A DNA stretch of 45,182 nucleotides from Clostridiales bacterium UBA1779 (GTDB lineage Bacteria > Bacillota > Clostridia > Oscillospirales > CAG-272): contig DCGL01000116.1 in the NCBI GenBank assembly GCA_002314565.1, positions 1 to 45,182 on the forward strand. The letters run 5' to 3'. The notes under the pieces were generated by a model. The model did not search any database. It saw nothing but the letters and a program-made list of their open reading frames with translations, and was not told the DNA's origin. Each line of letters begins with the position of its first letter. Positions within the stretch are counted from its first letter, which is position 1. Both the position numbers and the translations under genes were made by a program. Shown here in pieces: positions 43,801-45,182 of this stretch.

Positions 43801-45182
43801 AGGGGAATTGATGTTCCCACAGCTACGCTGAGCTTTGCGTATGACGGACAGTCACATACGGCAGTCACCGCAGCAAGCGGCAGCCATATTACCGGAACTG
43901 CAAGCGCAACGGCTGCAGGTACTTATACGGCACAGGTAATACTTGACGATAAGAACAACACAGTCTGGTCGGATGCCGGAAATACAACTGCGGATAAAAC
44001 CTATGTCTGGACGATTTCATCCGCTTCAATAACAAACGTTGTTGTAAGCGCTGCAAATCTCACATATACGGGTTCTGCTCAGAGCGTCAATATTGTGACA
44101 GCATCTGCTGTGACGGTTGCAAGCCAGGCTTATACCTTCACTTACAGTCTTGCGTCTGACGGAGAGTACATGACAAGCGTACCGACTGTCACGAATGCAG
44201 GAGTATATACGCTGTATTATAAGGTTAATGCCGCAAACCACAATGAGTTCAGCGGAAGCGTAAGTTTCTCTGTCGGTTGCAGAAGCATTTCAAGACCCGT
44301 TATGGGAACGAATCTCTCATACACAGGCGGAGATATCGTCGGTGTCATCGGAAGCGGAACAGGATACACGCTTACCGGAACGACTAGCGCAAGACTGCCC
44401 GGCAATTACACTGCAACGGCTGTTCTGTCAGACAAGCAGAATACCGTCTGGGATGACGGAACAACGGCGGATATCACGTACCACTGGTCAATCTGCACGG
44501 CGACATTTACGGCAATTTCAATCAGTGCTTCGGGCTTTACCTACGACGGAAACGCCCACAGACCGACGATTACGTCATCGGCAACAACCGTTGACGGTTC
44601 AAAGGCAACGTTTACCTTCAGCCTGAAGCAGACCGGCGTTTACTCATCCGCAATTCCTGCCGTAAGTTCTTCCGGTCAGCACACACTGTATTACAAGGTT
44701 ACGGCAAACAACCATACCACTTCTTCCGGAATCATCCGGTTTACAGTCGCAAAGAAGGTTGTTTCCATACCAACAGCGGTTCAGGGACTGGTTTATAACG
44801 GCAATCCTCAGACCGGAGTTTACAGCACACCCGATTATACGGTAACAGACAACGTTCAGACGAATGCAGGCAGCTACACGGCAATTGCAACTCTGAATGA
44901 CAAGGTAAATACAGTCTGGACCGGCAATATTATCACAAATCAGTCAATCGGCTGGAGCATAGGAAAGAAACAGGTTGCGGTTCCTGCGGCAGTTCAGGGA
45001 CTTGTATACACAGGTTCAGCTCAGGCAGGCGTATATGGCGGTGAAGGATATTCACTGACCGGACACACCGGCGTGAATGCAGGCAGCTACACGGCAACGG
45101 CAACACTCGATTCGAACTATGCATGGACCGGCGGCTCAACCGAAGCTCAGCAAATCAGCTGGAGCATAGGAAAGAAACAGGT
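19804..45182 (+). CDS. Giant secreted multidomain adhesin-like protein (3' partial; at least 8459 codons in the window)
   Basis: Frame 1 stays open from the stop at 19735 to the last base. I spot-checked about 20 lines codon by codon and found no in-frame stop. The ORF track has no frame-1 entry across these 25 kb, as expected for an ORF with no stop in the window. The Sec-type leader is MKKISIREIKNICRRTGAFMLALSMIIAAVPSVLLEAFA followed by LEG. An alternative in-frame ATG lies at 19759. Domain content is described in the sub-features. Confidence 0.9.
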   Translation, partial: MKKISIREIKNICRRTGAFMLALSMIIAAVPSVLLEAFALEGDFTPFEDFKTEHTPIITGDQSDAGTEGNPYLLENEADFAKLAENINKSEEYSKKSENLYFKVMSYDAWGEGQPLEFTATGANAVCIGIEGNHSHSFRGHMNLNGVKIRTNGPLFGSLGNGAEIYDGQIVLTDLDGSSAYTDDSNWGGLTKTVTTDPEAATTVSIHDISVNLDVSLDAVTLRAAGGLIGRIHNNTLNTLTVNLYNVSAIQAQSETFNFEAQATYLGGIVGEIYNGTNYSVNASSVTVCLGRTSTSNADTIGAAGSFKNPVGFVGGIIGKSNRNVTIEINASVLIPTPVFVTSGRGYYGIAADLCRGLCYAQGNAEFYFGERKPENRKTASELLYFTPTAGYATFAINNGTMYNGLNFNLSIQGDGSEEYPFLIDSAEKLLMLCVGLNTRTLNVLRLFVGDSDSEYRSNNAKLNYLLGAEYKIIEDIDLRGTGFDGLGYYIDDIQAAAFTGHFYGASSTQTGISGYRPTIKYNIVSVKGYNGLFSILGNGSSVDNINLEGSLFSAGASNVGSLAGSVGYPTGSTNVNCTISNVSSSVAISRNWTTTSNNGGLVGIINFYKTTSKSAVSFVNCEFSGSISTYGSYSGGLVGRVNVPDQTRKYSETFGTDLNFINCICSGSLTNNYSSTAYLGGCVGSFYSSNSYKSYNNKSLAPGSNYTLKFNSLHLNVDGYTFSGNITVTSANAHSVGGFTGNLSGVEAVFDNLIIGGTVSARAGFAGIAQYASGKITVEGVTIHSNAHWTVNGWYFSGILFGSAPTAWIDIKANSYCNNATTGYGSAYGINAQNGSYYFSDIVSSNFESSGSYYRSSYVQTGGIVNIENNSGFENATTGKSSVDGTYWNRYYNDINLTDISGSGTKADPFVIDSVDKLITLQVFMFANPNIAYLLLDYFDGAAYGSNYTVIDKCMYLKNANYRFEGTLDLSNKTVYPIPVIGGNYDGGIVGAGGKYTENTTIIFHSPESSQNRTSSYKDMQGGLFTTVSSMNSTVPIQIKGFTLTGAVNGTGDTAALISSFYNYNNNTLYTAHYNYGGYAIYSGKVDVSYITFDNITVGSYNDYSGLIAGIINGGDHDFHDLTLKNCTTSNFADAFVTKAYSNSGLYEFQRIDFADNSWQNFEVAVFFNYFAEGVAYYYDTEAGDLEKYKYDIPKTEAQAGAGNPYKAPEGPSSAKHISINPVLNYITMGLGTDASPYMISKASQLYAVASAIATNGKTLGKILLEIPGVTKEDFAAMTDAQLSAKAQALASASYVLTSDIDFSFLNVDDIDAGDSSQTLEGFLGIGTLANPFSGSFDGQGYTVTLADYDQAQNNFALFTYVRNAKIRNLTVKTEADGLLITSPITTNEIYPNSSNYSGVVCAVILGGDVVFDNVTAKGDVKLDSLAVERNAYIGGYAARIEAALVQLVNVPDGYLEDFRIYVWDSEHNDYAIVAVDPDDVIASEVGTPYICDDTRLYAALCPYVVDGLIMYMGDDPYSSVVWTGQNEYNGKVNVQFSIDLNNNSEVYPKNDLDSSNLEYTYSIMNRDGTTPAMVTDKQGNVGYPVYISKTTGGETTQVNSGFIVTSSGMIIGSPLVGGNVSLYVRIAVRNTETGNTIYRIRSFTFNIEKASFPQLNVNTTSISNITFATANPVITYYNWPCPQSYYFPTAGNYDIATSDAEIQYEVLAGTDIISVVDNHIVISGVGDVTLRITKGEDSAYLESMTEISFTVQKATLHVYAITESWYYGALQAPDIVAKVYIDGLKGYLKADMYSTAYNRYQDALENYNSKSIEAEQLRALADAAIGTDEYEALNSSATAVEEPLLNLYYTYKNLENSYNNAVANFRGYEANSTTEPDFVNALNIAGFSLNGRGFMLDSRLEVADKTTIQVGDYPVTLLSLQISGSDDSTAAYYDVVYHNDFVRVRRKIVTNEDFCIYNKDEYLAYLAGSSSIMPENLAATKANGDWYNCDIVIVPNATNPDSKYNKILDYSYIQEHNINENFYYQYYQPYLIINGDTVLNQGFILASDELGYKSDAFVLLVRIDKLNPTASVRYVGSYNTTEFTDFTSLAVYRAAFRAEFSKADPTAADVNSSTSDGVSSGVDRILVLTIDGTESFMQGHALDNQAWMYAPESAWKTITVASASASDYFVKITEEAKTGAFFLRSIDNAGNVSDVAWHTFAEDTETGVLNGKSPWYLLDSSAPEITFTYVPSGAVAYQKDDIETDYSLVTDISSLTEAVWLAYDYVEQDIQFTVNENISGLKSVYWTLDNGARHNLEFTPNNTGEYNFSIPVTDEYGFINLDNGERTIRIFAVDKVNHTKEIKITIRKDSAEPEIIIEKHWDDAVNKYEQTRQFDILLVNDTDEASPLQSIKVTSNYNKDIYYFSQTATQSSATTYAKFKDDGEGGLQLDYTYKIYTLPMQSRFVGSDGITYYKAEFVATYCSPLVEYTVEVKRKARTTVEYETEYHSQTVTVNNVNYREYVGTQSQTLGLYVTSSATVAVPYVDSYKPKLIVSAYEEKNSTNKGNYVSGTWTTNDIRFVFENVGTNFGKTELHGYTVDSSGNRIEEYFNASVSSTAWLIDEINRSGTILSKPSIQNYYVAADGAFLEKTVTFYLLTQSGKKSNEVTYTIRIDKEKPIIQEYGTADTTFIKKLISQATFNLFYNNVDIDVTVQDLGSGFDNKDGSIAVGNIGAAQGSNYSNVIMTLYPVQLSESNSYKGNENTYTVQSFTHESQKIAIKYTDSTKATAYMKIYASQSRIKKNSDGTYTIRFVLRDGFDFRGNISVEAIDATGNSDTLSMRATELVYVDHRKPKLDITYSEPNETLYSSGIWANSDIIVNLQNIRDEGLFPSEIKEIQWYISDSSDFSVAAGETINVIPIGSSGVVLDTSSGIKKYSYSFLASLAGSHTEDGSRWLVVRVYDNSGNLTTVTRKLERDSYAPTITSFGVKNDTENKIVPSSAADTYTVGSDAFLMAGDILEIGFTKPNTNSPLWLNVNFVYTDPNNGTQKTADIKLPLEYYASLGYSYPGGSLVSTAEFEIPHFAVNGNGELTPVWGNKVPGDDYISPNGVYTFTLCAGNNNPAVSDSIAFDSIVNGQARIDDDPPLDPIVENSSAFLVWHNFDRLDDVEIGYEETFGSQERLEAAVISGYVSDPSYIGSSAAFVTLTQYSEWQGNRNITFTLTKEAIFAMLMGSLDISNAYNPYTQIYTLALRVTDRAGGKSNVILQTIKIDNQIPWFENTSETQKPLSFWNSANKSGNANAYLGRPYIDYGYDYYLRVSNAVYVFAYGKDLSQSVQYFGDQAGQIKVYWSTSNPGSYVGHESEWTEQIQNALTATAAANGETTLYYVVVDEALNESPVMTCRILLNAAVPAVNSIDVQREENRYNSALVSVDDITYGRSAAGVNDWDFRYVKFTINASATDSSGIIDHYSYQYSVDGGSYSQWIDIVPSSAAGDKYTLVLDEEFGETLNSISVNGNVNFKFRAVTLTGATSSDYPILNIKKDDITPEIVVGVSANAVDWTNEDVVFTLSNSSANKAPVTYFVKVGAGEYVALTENGQHVVYDSDHNLYAVWDSAQSKLTFPCDAYCLPVEFRIETDAGLFDNSSSTLLKIQKTTGHLPVINRDLYLDASTDPSSSRYSISVASGAIHTWFNTWYNSGDSAPVISVLSSGIFFSASTAPVYLNWSIDGVASSALISSSASGDVAVYDFSDNGTIREDAVHNISVWLSDAAGNIGAHTNVTVSADFTAPSSVGIKRAAETWAGKIYTVLNDLTFGILFKKSSNVALKVETNALVSGVGSIWYIVDTSAGALALSQNGRSAEDPGWISYSENTGIAFSSNDTGVVWIKVVDKAGNITLAYTDITMFESEAPAVSFTVDESTAFVQDSDNSQITNDGGNTYYGVAPLLNIHAQENTSDSIPDSGLWYIKVEEKNLSTNAIVSTTERYLINATESIDSSATIFAEVGSMTEDFSYTVRNEGNIRVTVTVRDRAGNESTATADYLIDTHDPALNVSLYSDSKTYNYVNDDIESGWTSKNVTVRLASPGNISPVYYSYTTDNGQNWVDLSAGTTQYVISTDYNESVIFKATSLSGHVTSSAVYDIKIQKTAPSQIYGYLDSSSVQIFGTTSIYVNSSGVDEINVPDSQSGWYNKDLSVALTAVYNRLRMEGSNARAQAPVTTYFTLRRADNDTSTDTSFVASGSIHVVCLPGSGGIEQFAVTLNGDDTVYTSIDKAVERFALVNSSATVTDGVYMISVYAKDAAGSTTNQDILHFKVDTTAPTNGSMVETVKTGTPSILRQILNTLTFNLAFQSTIEVQASADFDISGRRYLQYMEVPVSTQEQYDYLTSLEDYSTIDISQFPGHSEWTNVSSEDKMYHVGTGGFLGIYLLKATDQAGNVTIFTSDGVIIDMTSPTINITHTYGRLVATGSSAVVSSDGITDEPFEVANDTSWYRHGRIRVVINEDGSGVDYVQVSKVDSRGTTVNVTKISGKQLAYLNGQDETNAAYAFGVYKNNPNGSSLILNYNTEHDYWAERDSLVYNTANDTIDDNGVYSYTFTVYDRSGFVGTTLTLSNMLQIDNAEPKLVVTPHNYIDNTWTNETVTFTLNVSAITAGKSISSPITFWYSNDSGASWTQLAADANNRTQATLVLDSDTNANYKFKALVGGQATGALTDVSANFVCYNWSDPVNQTGETTFNVKIEKLDANEIVWQNSAVRLYNASTDELMSDSFENACCSGNEFWYRIDSEDTEHTVLGSSSNLRLEVSLPQPLSTAHAPMETAYTLYYYADRDKPDSLSNRQIAASGVWGSFTETVLAGVLTLSSDGIYELYLETRDATYETKTRGLISTYNNRTHTYSQVKLDREQPLVTGISINNVNFTPLASIVNSLTFGVFFKRDIQLNVTSTYGASCRAALYYQFVNQPSGSVDTPAYNDSDWIAFAAGADNVSVNMPSDFRGVVFIKAVDNAGNESIEWMTAGLVSDGVEPTLSVNVSATGAAHNVSDGWTAGTVESNKVTTAWLNRIALLKVNASDVVENMNTLKTVTWTVSGQVSSSGVFYDVSGDISGTGPAVMTEQSLTFGGQNATFRDDGEYVVTVVAEDRSGNKTTNYVIVRVDMTEPTDLTVTVNGQSIIGRANTLFIREIDPDHTALSANVNVSGLEKIEYQVTAVGSSAQDGSWVEYSSTTFAGELVSNSATDNKNFVIHIKVTDNAGNVSTAVSGTVCFDTVEPEFTVEGNPESWTGEDITLSVTNPTEILSGVDSYRFVINGADASTDWTSWDGSGTVSTVIALNCSVKVQVKDKSCNIGEETLEVVYIDKSVPVINDSFAVSKFTKNDWFNSTQTVYAEMTKTVGAPEWIEYRYRTFNDSVWSEWSGWTAATMSADWHSAASGAVLSGAVSFDTATYGQEDVWVEFRVTDSSAVLSSNHTVNGTESNGTGSGSSGISGIVIRYDISAPDEARLDIVTNESTPRSLLNILTFGWFFNSSLGITVVRDVGGVDASSRSGEAKVEYVLMDGSDVPDENTVWNTYTGTFYINPDALVGNGYQGVIYVKVTDNATNSTTIHTKLLTVESRVPHEPTVVKTSDSAAYTDASWSANNVDFDLSYAMNPAGDIKAGVDYYEYRSSSDGSSWSEWTVASSAVGNGTYTDVISNGLTSQLSAKVQTGSTAISYYQFRTVSKSDVHGTATQTFTVKTDKTNPAQPTVTMTPIGSSAGTPVSNIWYKNNVISVAFTQDFGSPIHTEYKVGNGEWNNVENGQVVASNGTFTYSFRTVDEVGNASEALVYTISADNGEPAFTVTPVYFNGTSDEAYDGRFANGGSDGTNYVRYNFTASSLAPFWKIEVYADSVLVSTLTDGAGLTVTAVSGDVTKNWNITGYYQAPSVDTDGIEYTFKAYTRTDFTGSVEFGRTEDTKTFRWDATNPVIGTVTYRHVNGGDFAQVFNFVTFGLFFNETVRVYVPVTTSSATCLGSDLQSVQYKLGSGAWADATVSGTNGSFVATFDVDPAYTGSVTVRVLDTIVYGQDNSDELGIEKITVDDEAPELSITASRDPNADGWYNASVDFTFEANDTPAGLHHVNYSIFNSVTNAQLQSGSFAASAGDTEVSTYYSDTNQIYTSADDGWYTASIEAQDFAGNSAILSSSIRFDKSPAVISSLSKAPNKIWHNADVVLTLSATDHTSGIKTVVVTCNDDATVNESLTVAQAQSSFNYTATKTGYYVYTVTDYAGNVSSSGIQVNIDRTTQTITGYTLTPSGWTNGNVNVTFSVSETAIEAPYSVSVSTADGELTSSSFVSSSGLTTAASFTFTAKKYGTYTVTVTDDAGNTVSTNTSVNVHNIDNTNPKVDSITVGSRVLSLAETGSSAVYTEYYAGNTAFVIAASDVYVAGDGLSGVATIEHKLITDGVEEASWHTGSSAVLMPNHTYVVLARITDNAGNATTKRTPGIVVYTQPTADASASYVKHHGDVDVNTVPGGLSLSEAVLSLATIQKLSGTGWYTYTDNVFTINGTSLDALAASESYVLKLTWNLFAAPAGITYEGTLPTITTNTTVSIGLDSRTITIDPTQISKTYDSYPVTAVRSSAFNYPGEGSESVTWQKADGTSLASAPTDVGSYIVTVSVGADANYKSAVASSAFTISNADFVSYSVASNGILTFNGEAQVIPASYSATTVGTNTVTYLFSVDGGNTWRIPSQTVVTNAGTYTVMYRISAPNHNEVTGSFEIFVDRLDISGSTIALDTSSFVYNGGTQSVNISYVHTTGGLNVSYGIISGSSGMNAGTYTLVVEGTGNYRGQTSVSWTITPATLIIIPDDNQSKVYGQQDPALTFTVSGWQGSDEANAATIITGALVRAAGETVGSYAITQGTVASTDANYVLSFVSGKTFAVTKAELVITPNAASKVYGQADPVFTYSVSGLMRGDSESVLTGALSRENLSAQNVGTYAITLGTLADTTGNYTVKLSGTAVYLTVTKKALTITAKNKSITYGDAAANDGVDGVGFEYSDDLSSLGGSCTYSYTYDVTVPANRGVGTYSITPSGLSSQNYEITFVPGTLTVNAKTVTITPDANQKKVFNTSDPVFTYTAAGLVYNDTTSGALARVSGENVGLYNLLLGTVSAGSNYNISFTTGVKFEIVNATIIYSLAYSSGIAYDGHNHTVTVKVTTPGSGYSVYYADSQAGLDSNGTVQPVYSNAGTYTVWYRIVAANYTTVTGSQTFTINTKKLDKPTLASSGFVYDSISHGTLIGVTDEMTVTETQSGALLNVNAGTYSVSIVPKTNYSWDGAAAGSADTSAVVLSWTISKKTLTATADSKTVTYGDAVPVYTVSYSGLAANDTVAVISGTPSFSCSYAQGSNAGTYQITVSGVSASNYNISFVPGTLTVNRLPIAVPTAVTGLVYNANEQTAVTAGTGYSVVSGGKGTNAGNYTAVVAVDSNHIWDLAVDTADNQNIDWNIAKAEAYVSVANAAKVYGDADPAFSSTVTGMKGSDSLTVTYNRANGENTGSYTIRASASNANYNIHFTDGTLVISRASLTVTANGKTVSYGDNAPAYNYTVSGYKNGDTESVFSSSIVISCTYVKGDSIGSKTITVNGPAVLSNYNVSYVNGTLTVNKLSITVKADSKSKIFGTADPEFTGTVNPALVNSGDLGAITYTRAAGENVGTYTITPHYTDNANYSITVETGLLTINTKTIVRPTASSGLVYNGSEQTGVAGGAGYTVTNGKKTEAGNYTAVATLSDTVNTKWDNGSIDAQNIAWSIAKADITYYSVSAGNLTYNGSTQTPALTVSATTVASQTAVFTYSTSQNGTYTTALPTVMNAGTYTFWYKINANSHNEVSGSFTVNVAKRQISVPTANTGLIYSGSEQTGVNNVAGLYVFTDNKATYVGSYTTKVDLADSANNEWTDGTVSQKTVGWSIAKAAYPKTYTLSDMTYTYDGIAHIPDYNAAEIASDGILVSWDHTQTNVGSSAITAIFSFADTDESVVTNQAHNYYAPVSQTAVVTIVARGIDVPTATLSFAYDGQSHTAVTAASGSHITGTASATAAGTYTAQVILDDKNNTVWSDAGNTTADKTYVWTISSASITNVVVSAANLTYTGSAQSVNIVTASAVTVASQAYTFTYSLASDGEYMTSVPTVTNAGVYTLYYKVNAANHNEFSGSVSFSVGCRSISRPVMGTNLSYTGGDIVGVIGSGTGYTLTGTTSARLPGNYTATAVLSDKQNTVWDDGTTADITYHWSICTATFTAISISASGFTYDGNAHRPTITSSATTVDGSKATFTFSLKQTGVYSSAIPAVSSSGQHTLYYKVTANNHTTSSGIIRFTVAKKVVSIPTAVQGLVYNGNPQTGVYSTPDYTVTDNVQTNAGSYTAIATLNDKVNTVWTGNIITNQSIGWSIGKKQVAVPAAVQGLVYTGSAQAGVYGGEGYSLTGHTGVNAGSYTATATLDSNYAWTGGSTEAQQISWSIGKKQ
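19999..24200 (+). other. Head region of the giant protein: four GLUG-type modules
   Basis: The module starts are G-x-G-[ST]-x-x-[DNS]-P-[YF]-x-[IL]: GTEGNPYLLENEADFAKL (19999), GDGSEEYPFLIDSAEKLL (21043), GSGTKADPFVIDSVDKLI (22510) and GTDASPYMISKASQLY (23500). The canonical NPFSGSFDGQGYTVTL lies at 23800-23844. There are many GG[LIF][VIT]G (GLUG-like) strands, for example AAGGLIGRI, YLGGIVGEI, FVGGIIGKS, NNGGLVGII and YSGGLVGRV. Confidence 0.65.
26300..39200 (+). repeat. Central region of the giant protein: about 18 divergent Ig-like modules with D-x-[AST]-G-N signatures
   Basis: Recurrent signature examples are IDNAGNVSD (26365-26391), IDATGNSD, YDNSGNLT, VDKAGNIT, RDRAGNES, TDQAGNVT, VDNAGNES, EDRSGNKT, TDNAGNVS, VDEVGNAS, QDFAGNSA, TDYAGNVS, TDDAGNTV and ITDNAGNAT (39121-39141). 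Each is followed within a few residues by a D-x-x-x-P module boundary. Confidence 0.6.
40225..42850 (+). repeat. Eight MBG-like (YGX-type) repeats of about 75-85 aa, interleaved with Ig-like units
   Basis: The units begin with K-[VI]-[YF]-G-x-x-D-P or [VI]-[TS]-Y-G-D: SKVYGQQDPALTFTVSG (40258), SKVYGQADPVFTYSVSG, SITYGDAAANDG, KKVFNTSDPVFTYTAAG, TVTYGDAVPVYTVSYSG, AKVYGDADPAFSSTVTG, TVSYGDNAPAYNYTVSG and SKIFGTADPEFTGTVNP. Each ends in N-Y-x-[IV]-x-[FV]-x-x-G-x-[LF]-x-[IV]. Confidence 0.6.
42850..45182 (+). repeat. Alternating A/B coding repeats (about 70 and 85 aa) running off the window end
   Basis: A units have the form V/I-P-T-A-x-x-G-L-[VI]-Y-[NS]-G-x-x-Q-T-G-V ... N-A-G-[NS]-Y-T-A ... 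W-S-I-[AG]-K. B units have the form L-T-Y-[NT]-G-S-x-Q ... T-F-T-Y-S ... N-A-G-x-Y-T ... Y-K-[IV]-N-A-x-[NS]-H-N-E. The last two A units (44755-44965 and 44965-45175) share long identical DNA strings such as AATGCAGGCAGCTACACGGCAA and CTGGAGCATAGGAAAGAAACAGGT. Confidence 0.7.

Noticed and set aside
19662-45139. Dozens of 60-150-aa ORFs on both strands in the last 25 kb (for example 19662-19955 -, 25189-25623 -, 29552-29950 -, 39067-39519 -)
   Set aside because: All are nested within the single open frame-1 reading frame. That frame has coherent repeat and domain structure, while the nested ORFs have no SD sites and odd composition.
42850-45182. CRISPR-like or satellite repeat array, suggested by the periodic 210-250-bp similarity
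   Set aside because: The repeats are in-frame protein-coding modules within the giant ORF. The units are long, diverged at third positions and have no short spacers. No cas genes are present.
19804-45182. Prophage tail-fibre or mobile-element cargo as an explanation for the giant repetitive gene
   Set aside because: The window contains no integrase, transposase, terminase, portal or tail genes and no flanking att-like or inverted terminal repeats. The Sec signal and the GLUG, Ig-like and MBG content fit a cellular surface adhesin.

Overview
All credible genes in this window lie on the + strand and have Shine-Dalgarno sites typical of Firmicutes or Clostridia. No tRNA, rRNA, CRISPR array or mobile-element gene was seen. 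All domain calls come from motif recognition by eye, because no database search was possible.

Layout:
- (i) 61-3284: a consensus promoter with a long leader, then a TetR-family regulator, two small unknown proteins and an HD-GYP protein with a degenerate EAL-like C-terminal half (c-di-GMP turnover or sensing).
- (ii) 3332-19680: a 13-gene locus that I consider the most interesting part. It encodes three archaeal/ER-type (SipW-like) signal peptidases. One of them is fused to a substrate-like domain. Seven proteins carry SipW-cognate-type leaders ending in [TIC]-[YL]-A. They fall into two subfamilies.
- Embedded in this locus is a membrane-anchored McrB-like AAA+ NTPase. Its partner combines an McrC/DUF2357-like N-terminal domain, with no visible nuclease motif, and about 450 aa of E/K/R/A-rich coiled coil. 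This looks like a much-expanded relative of the 3-gene tapA-sipW-tasA fibre operon with an added NTPase module, a combination I do not know to have been described.
- (iii) 19804 to the window end: one uninterrupted ORF of at least 8459 codons. The ORF track does not list it, probably because no stop codon falls inside the window. It encodes a giant secreted adhesin-like protein with a Sec signal, four GLUG-type head modules, about 18 Ig-like modules with D-x-A-G-N signatures, eight MBG-like repeats and alternating repeats of about 70-85 aa that run off the window.
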